A DNA stretch of 64,000 nt from Penicillus capitatus. Taxonomy: Eukaryota; Plantae; Chlorophyta. A model generated the notes under the pieces. That model was not told where the DNA came from and ran no database searches. It saw only the letters and a program-made list of their open reading frames with translations. Positions 1 through 13,183 of this stretch are shown piece by piece. Position numbers and translations under genes: made by a program. The DNA lies in the NCBI GenBank assembly GCA_965649825.1, contig OZ287702.1, positions 248,001 to 312,000 on the forward strand, in the 5' to 3' direction. Each line of letters opens with the position of its first letter. The first letter of the stretch is position 1.

Positions 1-209
1 CGGAGAGCAGTTTCAGTGTTCTGCACGAACATACATCGATGGATCTGATGTCCCATCGTCGATCACCTGTAACGAGCATCGCCTTTCTTATCTGTCACCT
101 GCAAAGAAGGCGTCTGTAACCGTTTGGAAGATTACCCTTCTTGGCATACCGCTGCAAAAACGTCTGTGAAAGTGCCACCGCGATCGATGCAGAAGCTGAA
201 GTCTCGCAT
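1..209 (-). CDS. OXP1: 5-oxoprolinase, 5' end only (gene continues beyond the window start)
   Basis: Spliced translation MRDFSFCIDRGGTFTDVFAA|VTDKKGDARYR|TLKLLS matches the hydantoinase/oxoprolinase N-terminal motif FCIDRGGTFTD...LKLLS. Two short GT-AG introns. Confidence 0.9.
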
Positions 210-605
210 GGCACGCAATCGCCAAACACCACGCGGAGGTCTATGACGTCCTTTTCTCGTCAGCCGACAGTGCACTCGCGGGAGACGATCCACTTTAATG
301 GATATCATTTATGCGCCTCTTAAACCAGTGGTCGTTTCGCTTGAAGTCACTCGCGTTCGGCGTAACGTCCCGAAGTCACACATAGGGTTTGTCAGTGTCA
401 GTCAGTCAGTCATTGTTAGTACAACGATCCCTATGTACATTCAAGCAAGTATGACGCACACTCTGTCAGCCACCGAGGCATCGAATACGATATCATGGAG
501 CAGAACACATTGAAGCTTTTCGGAAGCTTGGATTGTACGACAGATTTAGGGAGAGTGCACTGCACGGCGTATCGAGATACTCTTCTGGGTGTGGAAGAGT
601 CCGTC

Positions 606-2197
606 TTACGGGCGCCGTGACATGATGGCTTCGACTAATCGAACGGCAGATGAGCAAGCGACTTGTGCATCTTCTTCTGAGGCATAGACGCCCATGGTAT
701 GCATAGCTGTACCATCCCAAACCACGGCGTTCCACTTTGAATAGTTGACCATGCGATGAATCAAGCCGAACTGATTCCGACTGGATCCAAGAATGACTTT
801 GGCTTCTTCGATGTCGCTTCCGGCAACGGTCTCAGAAATGACGGAAGATACATGGAGAGGTGGTTCATCATTCTGAGAGGATTGAAGGATTGGAACGGGC
901 AGTCTGTCAGAGAAGGCCGATGTATCCAATGTCTGCGCTACTGGACGCTTCAGCGGAAGTTGTGGACCAGCAGGCGTCAACCCCATCCGCTGCTCTGCTG
1001 AATCATCTCCCCCCTTAGGCAGTACATTCTTGAATGCACTTTCATTGGTGCCAAATATTGATGCTTGATCCACCGCCTCCTTGACACGGGTACTAAACTA
1101 CAAGCATTGCAAAACCAACCGATCATTTTACTCAGATGAGATGCGGAGAGTCGTACGGCTGGTGTGGTGATGCTCGGTGTCTTGATGGGTCGCGGCGGTT
1201 GATTGGTGGAGTTCGGGGTTGTCGAATTGGTAGCTTTTGCAATTCCGCTTGGCAAGAAGAAAAATGGCGATCTTTCGAAGGGAGATCCGAGATTTTGGAT
1301 GTGTCCATGTGTTAGATCTCTCCCCGATGGCGCGGGTGGAAACTCTTGCTTGATTTTGGTTTGGCCGGCGATCGCAGGATTCGACAGAAAAGCGCTATTT
1401 AGAAACCGCTGTTCTGCTCGATCGAATGCGCGTTTTCCAAATCCTGCTTCTTCATACCGGCCACGCTTGACGGGTACCTGTATAGCTGCGAACTGTGAAG
1501 GATGAATTTTCTTCATTGGAGTGCCAGTAAATTGCCGAAAAGGAGTTGGCTTCGGTCGAGCAGCTCCACTCATGTATTTCTCGACCAGATGTGGTGGCGC
1601 ACCACCTTTCCAATCCGCTTCGGCATAGCTGTCCACACTAGACCACACAGAACCATTCCTTCAGCAGTGTGTGTGCATTGTGTACCTGAAATTCAGTTTT
1701 GTATTCCTGCCTCTAATCTGCAAGGCTGCTAAATCAAATGCTCTTGCTGCTTCTATGTCCGAAGTAAAGCTTCCAAGATAGATGTAGCGGCCTCCGTTAT
1801 TGATTGCCGCCTGCCACCGTTTATTCTTTTTGTTCCAACATACACCACGAAAGCGAGAAGATCGAGTCTTGGTCGTCTGGGTTAATAATGGTTAAAGTGT
1901 GTAATGGTCGATATCATGTATAATGGCGATGTGACGTCGTACCTCTGGCGTAGAATTGGAGGTATTCTGCGGTTCTCGCGCCACGTTATCGTGCGGGGCG
2001 GGGTCCGCGTTCTTCGGGGCGGAAGTGCTGTTGACGGGAACACTCGCCGGAGCGGTATCTTCCACCATAGCATCATCGGAAACCGTGGTTGGCGTCTCGC
2101 AGCCGCGCGTCGCGAAATCGGACGGTGGCTGTTCTATGGGCAGTGCCGTCATGGCTTCGAGCCCGAGAGCATCGGCGCGAGAGGACGTGCAGGCCAT
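606..2197 (-). CDS. AP2/ERF-domain transcription factor (one canonical domain plus one degenerate C-terminal AP2-like domain)
   Basis: The exon at about 1700-1878 encodes SSRFRGVCWNKKNKRWQAAINNGGRYIYLGSFTSDIEAARAFDLAALQIRGRNTKLNF. The C-terminal SSRNQFGLIHRMVNYSKWNAVVWDGTAMHTMGVYASEEDAQVAC resembles a second AP2 domain. Confidence 0.85.
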
Positions 2198-2647
2198 TAG
2201 GTAATAGGAACCTAGAACAGCGCTGTCACTCACAACGGGGTTATGCGGAAATTGTGAGCCATTTTCTCACGAACGCACAAGGCCGATGGCTTTGAGAAAG
2301 AACCACGTAACGTACAAGAAGCGTTTTCACACTAACTTCGTCCTACCGCAACGAAAGTGGCAAAAAGTGATATTGAAAACGATGAACGCGAATGTCGCGT
2401 GTCGCGAACAAACATGTTAGGGTCGAACACGGAAAACGGAAAAAAACGCACGCCGGCGTTTAACGTACGTTCAGCGGAAAGGCACTTTTTTCTTGTCGGA
2501 GAAATGAGTCTCACTCGTTGCGACGGTCGGCTTCGAAGTGTCACTCAACTCACAAAGACAACGAAAAAAAGAAGAACGCAATGACATTCATGCAGACACA
2601 TCTTCTTTGTAAAGCATGACTAATCTACACCACAAAAGGAACATTGT

Positions 2648-5600
2648 TCAAACCCAAGTGGTGGTTCGTGACGGTTTACCGAGAAAAGGAGCGGTATCGA
2701 GCAACTCTTCGGCGGGATGGTAGTGGATATTAATCGCCCGGTGCTGCATGTCATCGAGGATGTTGAGTGTCTCATGTAATATCATAGTAAATTCATTCTC
2801 CAAATCGCGAAATTCTTTTGCATTTTGTCGGTCAACTGGAGGTAGAGGTGCCACTGTGAAGTCTATAAGACTCAAAGGTGAGCTAACCGACAGCGGACGG
2901 TTTTGGCAAACGTACCTCGGTTAAAACGCTTGTCGATTTTTCTACCTTCCAAGTAATGCCAAAAAGCACGCGTCTCTGCGAATTGTCTTGGAGGATTTGT
3001 GTATCTATGACGCAGAATGACTTTCGTATTGGATACTAACGGATGGAATTCGTACTGAATTTCGCCAATTAACCGTTCCGAGGCAAAAAGGCATGACTGA
3101 GAACGCATGCACACCGACAACAGCAGATGGCATTCGGCAAAGAAGGTGGCAAAGAATGCGTCAGAAAGGGCGTGGATGGACACGCCATTGACTGGCCGTT
3201 GAGAAATGGCATACCGGGACCAAATGTCTTCCTCGGACAGCGCGGATCCGACGTGTGATGGCTGACAGATGTGATCCAGTGCCTGCTGAACCTGTTGACT
3301 GTACACATCGATGGATGCCGAGGCAAAATTGCGAAGCATGATCAGTGGAATCTTGCCGAAAGCCTCTTTCACAGACATCCACATGGTCTGCACAGACACA
3401 TCCGTCTCATGCATTGAAGCAGACAGATGTTGTTCATGCTTTGGCCTTCGAGAGATCTCTTTCTTTTATCATCGAAGCATCTTTCTTCATTTGGTCGATG
3501 CAGGCAGCTGCATATTCTTCAAAGTGCTGAAGGTCAGGTCCGATCTCTTGGATTCTGTGTATCTCTTGTGCATCCACGCGATCATCAAAGAATGCCTTCC
3601 CGGCCTGTAGAGGCAGGCAAGAATGGTATTGGGTGTGCTTGCCAACAGTATCGATGTTTGACCTGTTGAATGCTAAGAAGCGCGTCTGGAGGTCGACAAA
3701 GATCGTCTTCATGTGTCTCGGCATTCGATGAAGGACTCGGCGAAAGGACAGAGGAAAGATCGATGCTTGCCAACGTCGTTATTTCCATAGACAGAAGCTC
3801 GTCTACGAGGGAAGAGACGCAGGAGGTCTCTTCACAGAAGATGTCTCGGAAAGCATGTAAACTGGACATGGCAGCATCGATCAAAGCTGCACAAAAGGCC
3901 ACCTTCTCGATGGTCGCTGTCTTTGGAAGCTCTGTTTCTTTCTTTCCTTCGGCAATGGTCTTCATCTTGTCGCGTATTAAGCCTGTAAGCAAGGTGTCGT
4001 CCAATCAAGTGAGCTTTGCTGTCTTGCAGGAGTCTTGCTTTCGGCAGTCTTTGAAATGTCTGTCTGTTTCTTGCGAGAGAGCTGACCCATTTTGGTCAAT
4101 TCCTTCAGATCACGGACCTTCTTTTTGAGATTTTGGATCTTTGATTTGATGATCTGAGCATTTTGATCCAGCCGTTTCTGTTCTTGCCTCAACAACGCAT
4201 CGCGAGTTTTGAGCAATCGGATTTCGGATGCGTGAGAAGGGATGGATTCCATCAGGATTTCTTTCCACTGGTTGACCTGAGCATGCCAATTCATCTCAAT
4301 TGCTGCACAAACGCAGCAGGTCACCTTCTCATGAACATGACAGTGAAATTCAGCAAGCTCCTGTTGACTCTCTTGTTTTGTATGATTGGCTGTGTTTTGT
4401 AATGCGTCCATTTCGGCCATCCATTCTTCCCGAATCCTTTGATCGACGGTTGGAGAAGAGGAGAGCTCTGAACTCAGAAAAGCATCTCTGATCTCCTTCA
4501 TCTGCTGCACAAAATCTGTGCAAGTCTCCTCGTGCAATTTCACAAAGCCGGAGTAAAAGCCTCCATCTGCATCGATGTTTTGAATGCGTCTTGTTGCATT
4601 CTCAAGGGCAACTGGACTTCGGACAGTTTTCAGATGTTCTTTCATGCCCTCAATTTTCATCACGTCGTCATCCAATGACTGATGGGCTGATGACGTGAGA
4701 TCCTTGACGGATGACTAAGGCAATACAATAAGGATGAGGATGACACGACCGTTGCGAATTAACCTTGAACACGGTTATACGTGTTTCCCCTGATGTCCGA
4801 TAGGATTGCACCTTCTGCGTTGCCTGAACAATATTGGACAGCAAACGAGATCTGGCATCCGGAACAGTCGTCTGTCGAAGAAGGCGCTTCCACTCCTCTA
4901 TGGACGCAAGGTCGTCTCGGAAAGCGGCAGATCGATCGTCGGCAACGCGAGCGATCCTGGTCTCTATATCCGCTACCGCGTTGCTCATGTCTCTTCCGCA
5001 GCAATCCTGAACCACACATAAGCATAATTGGCAGATAAAGCTCAAAGACATCGTTTAAGATCCAGAGATAGCACTCCTTGTTTTGTGGGCTTACAATGAG
5101 GGCGGCTAAGTCGCGTTTTTGGATATCTTTTGTTGGAAACTGCCATTCGGCAACGGAAAGAACTTTACGCTGTTTCTCTCCATCCTCGCAATTCATGAAT
5201 GCCGATTGCATCGATACCCCATCATTGTTTTCTTCGGGTCTCTTCGATTCAATACATTCCGTTGGGAAGAGTCGATCCATGGTCTGCTTCAGGTGATCAT
5301 CGTCAAGACCTGACACCTCGATTGTGAAAGATGTTTTTTCTGTTGTTCTATTTGCGATACCACCCTCTTCCAGATCGATTGGAAGATACTCTCGGAGTTT
5401 GTCTCGCCACTCGACGATGGATTGATCAGCTTCGGTTCTAAGCTCTTTTACAACACGTTCAAGATCGCCCGACACGGCATGGAACTTTTCTTCTGCATCC
5501 AAGATCGACACCTCCATCGCATCCACCAAGGAATCGAGGGTGCTTTCGTCGTTTGCCTCCTTCAACTGTACTGTCTTTTCATCCATGGATGCTCTGTGCG

Positions 5601-7233
5601 AATCCCAAGCCGCTTTCAAATCGCCATGGATCTGTTTGGTCTTGTCGAGGAAGTCTAAAGAGTAGGTTCTCAATAAAAGAATGGACAGACGGTATTCAAA
5701 TGTCTGAGCACCTGTGGTGTGGAGCTCGATGGAGCGGAGGCAGTGTTCTCTAGAAGTGGCCATCTCTTCTGCAGCATGCTGCAAATGCTGAGATGTTTTC
5801 TCCAAGGCACTGCGCTGATTGGCCAATTGTGTTTTTGATTGAGCGACGAGAATGTCCAAGAATGCTTCTCGATCCTTCACGATACACCTCCCCTCTTCGA
5901 TTTTGGCCTCTAACTCCGAATCGATCTCCACGAGCTCAAGTCTGCTAACTGCAACATTTTCCAAGAGAGAAGCTTGTCTTTGTCCAAGCCGTTTGGCAGC
6001 TTGAACAACGTGGGACATACTACAGAAATGCGATCTATAGATTCTCCGGCGTCCTGAAAGAGGACATGCCTGGCTATCTGCTGCTCTTCAGATGCTGACC
6101 ATGCCGATAAGATCGTTCCGAAACTTTGGCCCCATGTATGAATAGCGCTGCACTGCAGGCCGGAGTCCATTAGAGCAGACAGTTGGCGCATCCATTTCAC
6201 AAACGCGCCGTCTCTAGCATGGAGTACGGATTGCGTCTCATACAACACAACTGCCACGTCAGCAGGTGCCCAGAAGTCTTCAGACTTCAGTTGATCGATC
6301 ATCCGATACACTTTGCTGCACTCGATGGATCGCTCGTGCATGGATTTCAGATCGTGTAATCGGTTTTCCATCTCCTGCAGTCGCTTCTCACTGTCTTCTT
6401 TCAGCTCTTTGCAAAAATCTCGAAACTCTTTTCTGTAAAGGCATTCAGGAAGCTCGTTACTCCGCAGGACGCTCTTATCAGGAGTATACCGTGGTGCATC
6501 TAATCGCGTTTTGAAGATGGACTGTTGTTCTGCAAAGAAATCTTCTTTCTTTTCCGCCGTTTCGTAACAGAGCGCGTCCATTGTGCAAGCATACTGCTCC
6601 AGTACCTCGTCAAGGCGCTCTTTAGAACGAATTTCTAAGCGATTCATGTCCTCTTCTCCGTTCTCCACGGCAATCTTCACTTTCCCTCTGGCAATTTTGA
6701 TATCTTGCTCATTCTAAACCATCTTCTATTGGTAAACAACAAAGCACGACGATTCGCGAACCTGGTCGATATCGCCCATCGTTAGATGCCTGTGCTTTTC
6801 TTCATCTCCCAACACATTCATATTGCATTCGACTTCCCATACAGCATCGTGTACGATCTTCTCAGTAATTTCGCGGTCGCTCGATACACCTCTTTCGAAT
6901 TCGGCAAAGCAGTCGGCCGTCAGAGAGTGCAGCGTGTCCAAGGCCTATTGTTGTCCATCCGTATGGCGCACACGGATGACATCGTCTTACCGCGTGCTTG
7001 CCGCGTTCGATGTTTTTCACCTGTTTGGTGACTCTGATGCATTTTTTCCGAGGAAACGTCCGACTCGGTATACCATCGACTGCGGCAGTACTGTTCGGAA
7101 TTGCCATTTCGGAGACCGCTTCACCGACCGCGGCATGCCGCGGCTCGACGCTCCCCGTGATCATTCCATGCGTAAAGTAACGATTTTTCAGAACAGCATC
7201 TTCTTGAGGTTCCTGTCTCCATTTTTGTGACAT
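2648..7233 (-). CDS. Large multi-exon coiled-coil protein, probably CCDC180/FAP76-like (DUF4455/4456) axonemal protein
   Basis: A chain of same-strand helical, E/K/L/Q-rich ORFs (6862-7233, 6726-6941, 5910-6680, 4759-6018, 3977-4675, 3585-4004, 3434-3724, 2872-3414, 2648-2875) is joined by short introns. The N-terminal segment LGDEEKHRHLTMGDIDQ...RLEIRSKERLDEVLEQY resembles CCDC180 from memory. Confidence 0.55.
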
Positions 7234-7284
7234 CGTCTAGGTGGCAAGAGAACAATGCAAATACTTAAACACGGTATCTCGTTT

Positions 7285-8840
7285 CTATCGATGCGTTTCT
7301 GTTTCCTCTGTCAGATACATGTCTTCTTTGGCATAGAATTCTGACATGAGACGATAGACGTAGCTTGGCGTCACCCCACCTTGATCCGTCAATAGCAGAC
7401 TGATCAGATCGGGCGGCACAAAATCAAATGCCGGATTGACAACGTCCACACCTGAGCCGCCGAAAATGCGATTCTCTTGCGACGGTATGAACATCCACTC
7501 ACCACCATCGGATAGATGTGCCAACTCGCCGTACGGAATGATCTCGTGCGGCGATCTGAATTCGTTGAGCAAGAGAAAGGGATCTTGCGGAAAAATGGGC
7601 GAGAGCTTGTGCGTGCCGACCAGGACCACAAATGGAACGGAATGGTGTTGAGCGGCAGCAGCAACCATTAGAATACCGCTCTTTGCCATCACACCACCAT
7701 CTGTCAAAATCTCGTGTCCGCCCACAAACACCTGTCCTCCAAGATGTGACACGTAACGAAGCCTCACAGGGACATGCCTTGTCGGCTCGAGCCATTAGAG
7801 CAAAAATGGCGGCGTCTGTAACCAAGGTCGTCTTGATTTCGGCCTCACAGAGTTTCTTTGCCATCTGGTGGCCTACAGCACTCGATATAGAGACGGACAT
7901 AACGGTATGAGCGGCTCGTGCGATGCCTCACCGTCCAATGCTGGAGCTGCTTCGGCGACAATGACCTCCAGATCCGGTCGATTTTCGTGAGCTAGTGTTA
8001 GGAACTTCAGAACCGTTTCTGAAAAGCCGTACGTCAAAACCACCTGTCACCTCTAACTCTCTCACGCACAGGCACAGACATCTCTCACTTCGTTGGCATG
8101 GATGAGATCGAGTCCTTCTTGTGCGATCTGCGCTGGAATGTTCTCCAGTTCATCAATCAATTCATTGATGCCATCGATAACACCCTGCTTTCCTTTCCAG
8201 TTCTTGCTTTTCTTCACTGTCTTCTTTGACGCCTCTTCCTGGTGCGCCTGGACGCCAAGAGAAAGCAGCGATACTGCATGGCCACCCTCCTTCTGTTGAG
8301 GATTCAGATCCAACAACGCATGCAGAGATCGCGTCAGGCGAAATGACGAAGACGACGTGGTCACATCTTCCTGCATACGCACCGCATCTGTATGCCTGCC
8401 GGCGTCGATTGTGGGATTAGGGTTACTGTCTGGCTGGAAGAGTTGCCCTGTTCTTTGAGTTCCTCCTCCTCTTCCTCCCGAATCAAACGCAAAACGCGGC
8501 GGACAATGTTCCCGATCACGAGTTCTGTCCATATCATCTTTCATTTCCACCATCCAGATCTCTTTGTTCGCAGGACAGACCTGTTGGTTTTGCCTCTTGC
8601 AGTTTAATGCCCGTTTTCTTTACGTCTTGAAGCAGAGATGTCGCATCGGAGTAGCGGTTGTGCACGATGACGGTCCTTAAGTACTCAGCCGCCCGTTTGG
8701 AAACAGCTAGCGTCCCCGACAATTGTCTGATGGGCAGGCAGTACAGCGCCGCCGCCTTTGAAAATCTCTTGGCCAAGGGACGGAAGTTACCCGCGCTGAA
8801 GCTGACTGCAGAATTCGTTCTCGAGTTCTTCGAGCTTCAT
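7285..8840 (-). CDS. EIF2B2: Translation initiation factor eIF2B beta subunit
   Basis: Spliced: MKLEELENEFCSQLQRGQLSGTLAVSKRAAEYLR...ELVIGNIVRRVLRLIREE...LIHANEVVLTYG...VFVGGHEILTDGGV...VVNPAFDFVPPDLISLLLTDQGGVTPSYVYRL. About 7 introns, including GC-AG 7732-7777. Confidence 0.93.
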
Positions 8841-8887
8841 GATACTACCGACGACGACAACGCGACAATTATCGGGAGTCACGCAAA

Positions 8888-9534
8888 ATGGACGTCGACC
8901 CTCGATTCGCTGACGACTTTGACGCCCTCGAAAAGCTCCTGGAGCACAGCACAGCATGCTGTCGGGCAAAGACTGCTGCCGAGACCTCATCAAGTAAACA
9001 AACACAGATCGTGCCCGGTATCCAATGAATTGTCAAACAAGACATCACTCCTGTCCCCGTCACGCGTCATCGCACAGCCATACAAGAGACGCACGAGCGC
9101 CGACGATTCGAACAGTGTGATGGACGCATCGTTCCAAAGTGTGATGTGATCTATCAACAAGTCAGCAATGATCCGTCATTCTCTCTCTGTGATGATCTAC
9201 GGGATAACAGGCCATCCAGACGAGCGACGTGTTATTGGGATTGAGCGGCAAGACACCATCTACGGCCAGCTGCGATGCACTCCTGGTGAGAATCGCGTTG
9301 CCCAAGATCGATGCCATGGAAGAGTTGCATCTCGAGTGTAAAACGAATCGCATTGTGCTAGAGAGCAACGATTACAAACTCATACAACATCTCCCTCATC
9401 CTGTGCAGCCAGATCGCAGCCGGGCTTTATGGAAATCCAAAGAACGTGTCCTGGAGATGCGTTTACCGATCTGTTCGACTGATGTATGGAACGAAAGTAC
9501 TGTGTCGTCGTTGCGTACGACGGATGCACTGTGA
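8888..9534 (+). CDS. DNAAF6: PIH1D3/DNAAF6-like dynein axonemal assembly factor
   Basis: Spliced: MDVDPRFADDFDALEKLL...DGRIVPKCDVIYQQ|AIQTSDVLLGLSGKTPSTASCDALLVRIALP...LPHPVQPDRSRALW, followed by a C-terminal CS-like domain. Confidence 0.8.
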
Positions 9535-9605
9535 TTTGATGTGACGTTCGTGTCATCTCTTGATGGATGGGTGGATGGGGCTGTGTTTACACGTGACCTC
9601 GTACA

Positions 9606-10285
9606 ATGGACGCTGACAAAAGCAGTGGCAATCAAGCGGACGCAACTTCGAACCGAGATGCGACGGGTGTTCGCGAGCAAGACCGTTTCTTACCTATCGC
9701 GAATATCAGTCGAATCATGAAGCGCGGTCTACCCGCAAACGCCAAAATCGCCAAAGAAGCAAAAGAGACGGTACAGGAATGCGTGTCCGAATTCATTAGC
9801 TTCATCACTTCCGAGTGTGTCTCGTCGACATGACTTGAACAACTCACTCACCCCTATTATCTTGCGGTTCTGTACAGGGCAAGTGACAAATGCCAAAGAG
9901 AAAAGCGCAAGACAATTAATGGCGATGATTTGCTTTGGGCACTGAGCACTCTTGGCTTCGAAGAGTACGTGGACCCGCTTAAGCTCTTTCTAACCAAATA
10001 TAGAGAATCGGAAACAACGTCATCTTCAGTACGCAATGCTGAAACCCGACGTCAAATAAAGCAAGAACCGAATCAGGTATGTCTTTGACTTCTCACTCTT
10101 TTTGAGTGAGATGGATGGGCGTGACTTAGATGATGATGGAAACCGGACTGGCGATGGATGATGTTCCGTACGGAAAATCTGCTTGTGATTTGGATGAAGC
10201 CATGCCGGATCTTCATCCCACGTCGACACCTCTGTTCGCAGAATATATGATGGACAACAGACCACATCATCCAACAAGAAACTAG
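9606..10285 (+). CDS. NF-YB: Nuclear factor Y subunit B (CCAAT-binding, histone fold)
   Basis: [48 protein letters not shown]|[35 protein letters not shown]. The 3' end is less certain. Confidence 0.93.
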
Positions 10286-10466
10286 ATTCTGTGCTGGTTC
10301 AGAAGCTCAAGTGTCCTTCCCTATATTCTTTGATGTCCTAGCGTCTTCTTTGATGCCAACGTGTGGAAAGAAGCCCATCTGGGAAACGGCATTCCCTCTG
10401 TCTTGTGACAGCTGCACTGTTTGTAATGTATGTGTCATAAGCGGTTATGTTTACAGTAACATCCTT

Positions 10467-12817
10467 CTACGATCCGAATACACGAGTCCCTGAAGGCGCA
10501 TGGATCTCTCCTTCAGACTTCAACTGCTGCTGCTGCTGCTGAAGCTTCTGACGAACAGACATCAAGATCTTTCCCAGATGGTTCTCTCCTTGGCCGTCAA
10601 TACCGCAACCCCAGAAGGCGTCATGTGGTGAGTCTTCGATGATGATGCTGTCTGCTGTCGACAGAAGCATGTTTCTGGCACCCTCGTGGGACTGGAACTT
10701 TGCCAGATTGGCCTCGAACATCACCTCCACTCGCTTTTCTGTCCAGTCTTGTCTCAACAGAGAGGGCTGTTCGCGTGTTATACGTCTTCCGATCTTGGCA
10801 GCTTCTTCAGGACTGGTGCTCTCTTTTATCTGCTGCCGAATTCTTCTTGCCAGGGGATCGTCGACACCTTCGTCACGCACGAGCATGAGATGTCCCGTTT
10901 GAGATTCAAAGAGGAACACCTGCAAATTTCTGTGCCTGGTAGTAATGTTCTACTGAGGGCCACAGTTCACTGTCTTCGTCCAGAGAAGAAGGGAGTTTTC
11001 CATGAGGCCCCACACCGGAGTACGTGACAATGGGATAGACAGAAAAATTAGAAAACACGCCCCATTCGTCCCAGGACTTAAAGAATTTGATGATCGCGTT
11101 TTGAGAATTCGTGGATGTTGGCATCTGCGTCCGAAGGAAAGAAGGCTTATGTGTAGTCACACTTTCATGTTGGGTCGATATCTGGTCCACTGCATCGGCC
11201 AACGAGAGCAACCCTCCTGAAGAAGGAAGATATCCTGTCAGCATCACATCTGGACCGACCTGCACGCACATCCATTCTGCTTGTACAGCAATATATGTCC
11301 TGAAGATAATGGCGGCGTTCGACCTTTTGAATGTCCATATGTGAAATTTGAACCGCCTGCGTCATCTCCACGAATCCAAGTTCCCCACAGGGATTGGGTG
11401 CTCTGCAGCCTCCAATGATCTTGGGAGACACAAAAGCCATAACCTTGTGAATGGCCCCCGAAGCAATTGCAGGTGCTGCCAGTGTTCCTCCGCATTCCCA
11501 CAGCACTTGCATAAATCCGCGTTCATAACAGTAATCCGCCACGTGACTGGGTGATAGAAAATCAAATTCAACGACGTCGATTCCTTTGTCTCTCAGTTCC
11601 GCTTGAAACGAAGGTCGGGCTCCGCGCTGTGTCATGACAATGGTTGGCGCTTTATCTAGGTTCCAGAGATTGGCATCGGATGGGAGGTCCATGGTTCTGG
11701 ACATCACAATTCGCGTCGGAGAGAAGCCCTCTTCGCGACGCGTTGTGAGATTTGGATTGTCGGTGCGGACGGTGTTGCCACCCACGATGACAGCATCCGA
11801 GATCGCTCGTGTGGCAAAGACTCTCTGTCGGGCAATGGGAGAACTGACCCATCCGGCATGTCCTGTCGATGCTGCAATCTTTCCGTCCAATGTCATCGCG
11901 TACTTTAGCAAAGATAACGGTTTATGCGTCACCACACGATGCAGCAATGCCTCATTTGTCTGCAGGCACTCCATCTCTACTTCTTGGATCTCTGCTTCTG
12001 AAGCGTGGCATGGAGCAATACCCAGAACAGCCACATCAATGCCTCGTTCTTTCAACGCCTGGTAAAGGCGTTTCGTCAGGAGGAAAGACAAGATGAAGGG
12101 ATGACCTTGACGGCGCCATGTCTGAGGTGTGGCATAGGATGAAGCATTCCGATGACAACGCGTTGTACCCCTGCTTCAGCCAGAGCCTTGACAGAAAGCA
12201 CACCTCCTTCGACATCTCCAGGCTCTAAGTTCAGATAGGCCGTGCATCCAAGTGCATCGATTGAGGCAGCAGCCTGACATTCAGCCGAGACCGTCCCCTG
12301 ATTCCAGTCAAGCAGTTTACCTCCATGCTGAAATGGCAGAAGGAGAGACACCTGTGCGCGTTGGTGTGTTTCGACAAGAATATTGCCATCCGAATGCACG
12401 ACCACGCAGCCAGAATACGGATGTGGTTGAAAAAGACCTATCCATGAAATCAATAATAGCCACGTGCTACGATTCAAAGACATTAGGACCTTCAGATTTC
12501 TTAGCGACCAGACTCGCTTGCTTGAGAAACTTCAGATCCCTTCCTGCAAGGGCCAAAACGACTACTTTATGACAGCGCAGAGGTTCTTTGGTGAACCTGA
12601 GATAGAAGAGGAATGGGAGTTTGTGTTTATCGCCGCCACCTATAAATGCAAAGAGGGTTCTTCAGTGTCCGTTGCGTCTGGTCAAATCTTGTTGCCGCAC
12701 AGACACGCATCGTCTTGGCCACGTTGAACGCAGAATGCCGCTTGACGCATTCCGATTCAGAAAGGCTGCTTTTTCACGTGGCAGTATCGAAAAGCGTCGA
12801 TTGTGGTGCAGCAACAT
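10467..12817 (-). CDS. PYRR: Plastid riboflavin biosynthesis PyrR: degenerate deaminase, reductase (RibD) and C-terminal NADAR/COG3236 domain
   Basis: LKYAMTLDGKIAASTGHAGWVSS, DAVIVGGNTVRTDNPNLT and VLWECGGTLA (reductase); FSNFS...WPSVEHYYQAQKF and DAFWGCGIDGQGENHLGKILM (NADAR). The 5' exons are less certain. Confidence 0.9.
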
Positions 12818-13183
12818 GCGTTCGATGACGACGAAATGAAAGTCAACCCACAGTCCTTCTAACAGATGTCACCAAAAAGATGTAAAACGATCAGACGGCG
12901 TCCAACAGTTATAGAGTCAAGAAACTGGCTCTACTGTTTTTAGAAGAAGTTAGTGCGTCACACGTTCTCACTCTTTTGTCGATTCCTTCAACAACCGAGC
13001 ACTGACCGAAGACGTGTGTTCGCGTGCAGTTTCTGTCCGTTGTTGTCATGCGCGAGGTTGGATCTGAGTACGATCTGTTGCTTTCTCATTTTGGCTTCTG
13101 TTGTTCGCTTTAGCCAAAAAGCGGCTTTGTTTTTTCTCGTCGTGATGTGACGTTTGCTTCATTCCGTTGACAGCGTTGGTGTG

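Noticed and set aside
8243-8284. Possible extra GA/GG-AG in-frame intron in eIF2B-beta
   Set aside because: It falls in a poorly conserved linker, so there is no alignment evidence that it is removed.
10311-10493. Antisense overlap of NF-YB with the PyrR 3' end
   Set aside because: The NF-YB frame stops at 10285; ORF 10311-10493 is in a different frame and unsupported.
10467-12817. Deaminase-reductase-NADAR triple fusion as a novelty
   Set aside because: This is the established architecture of plant and algal PyrR/RIBR.
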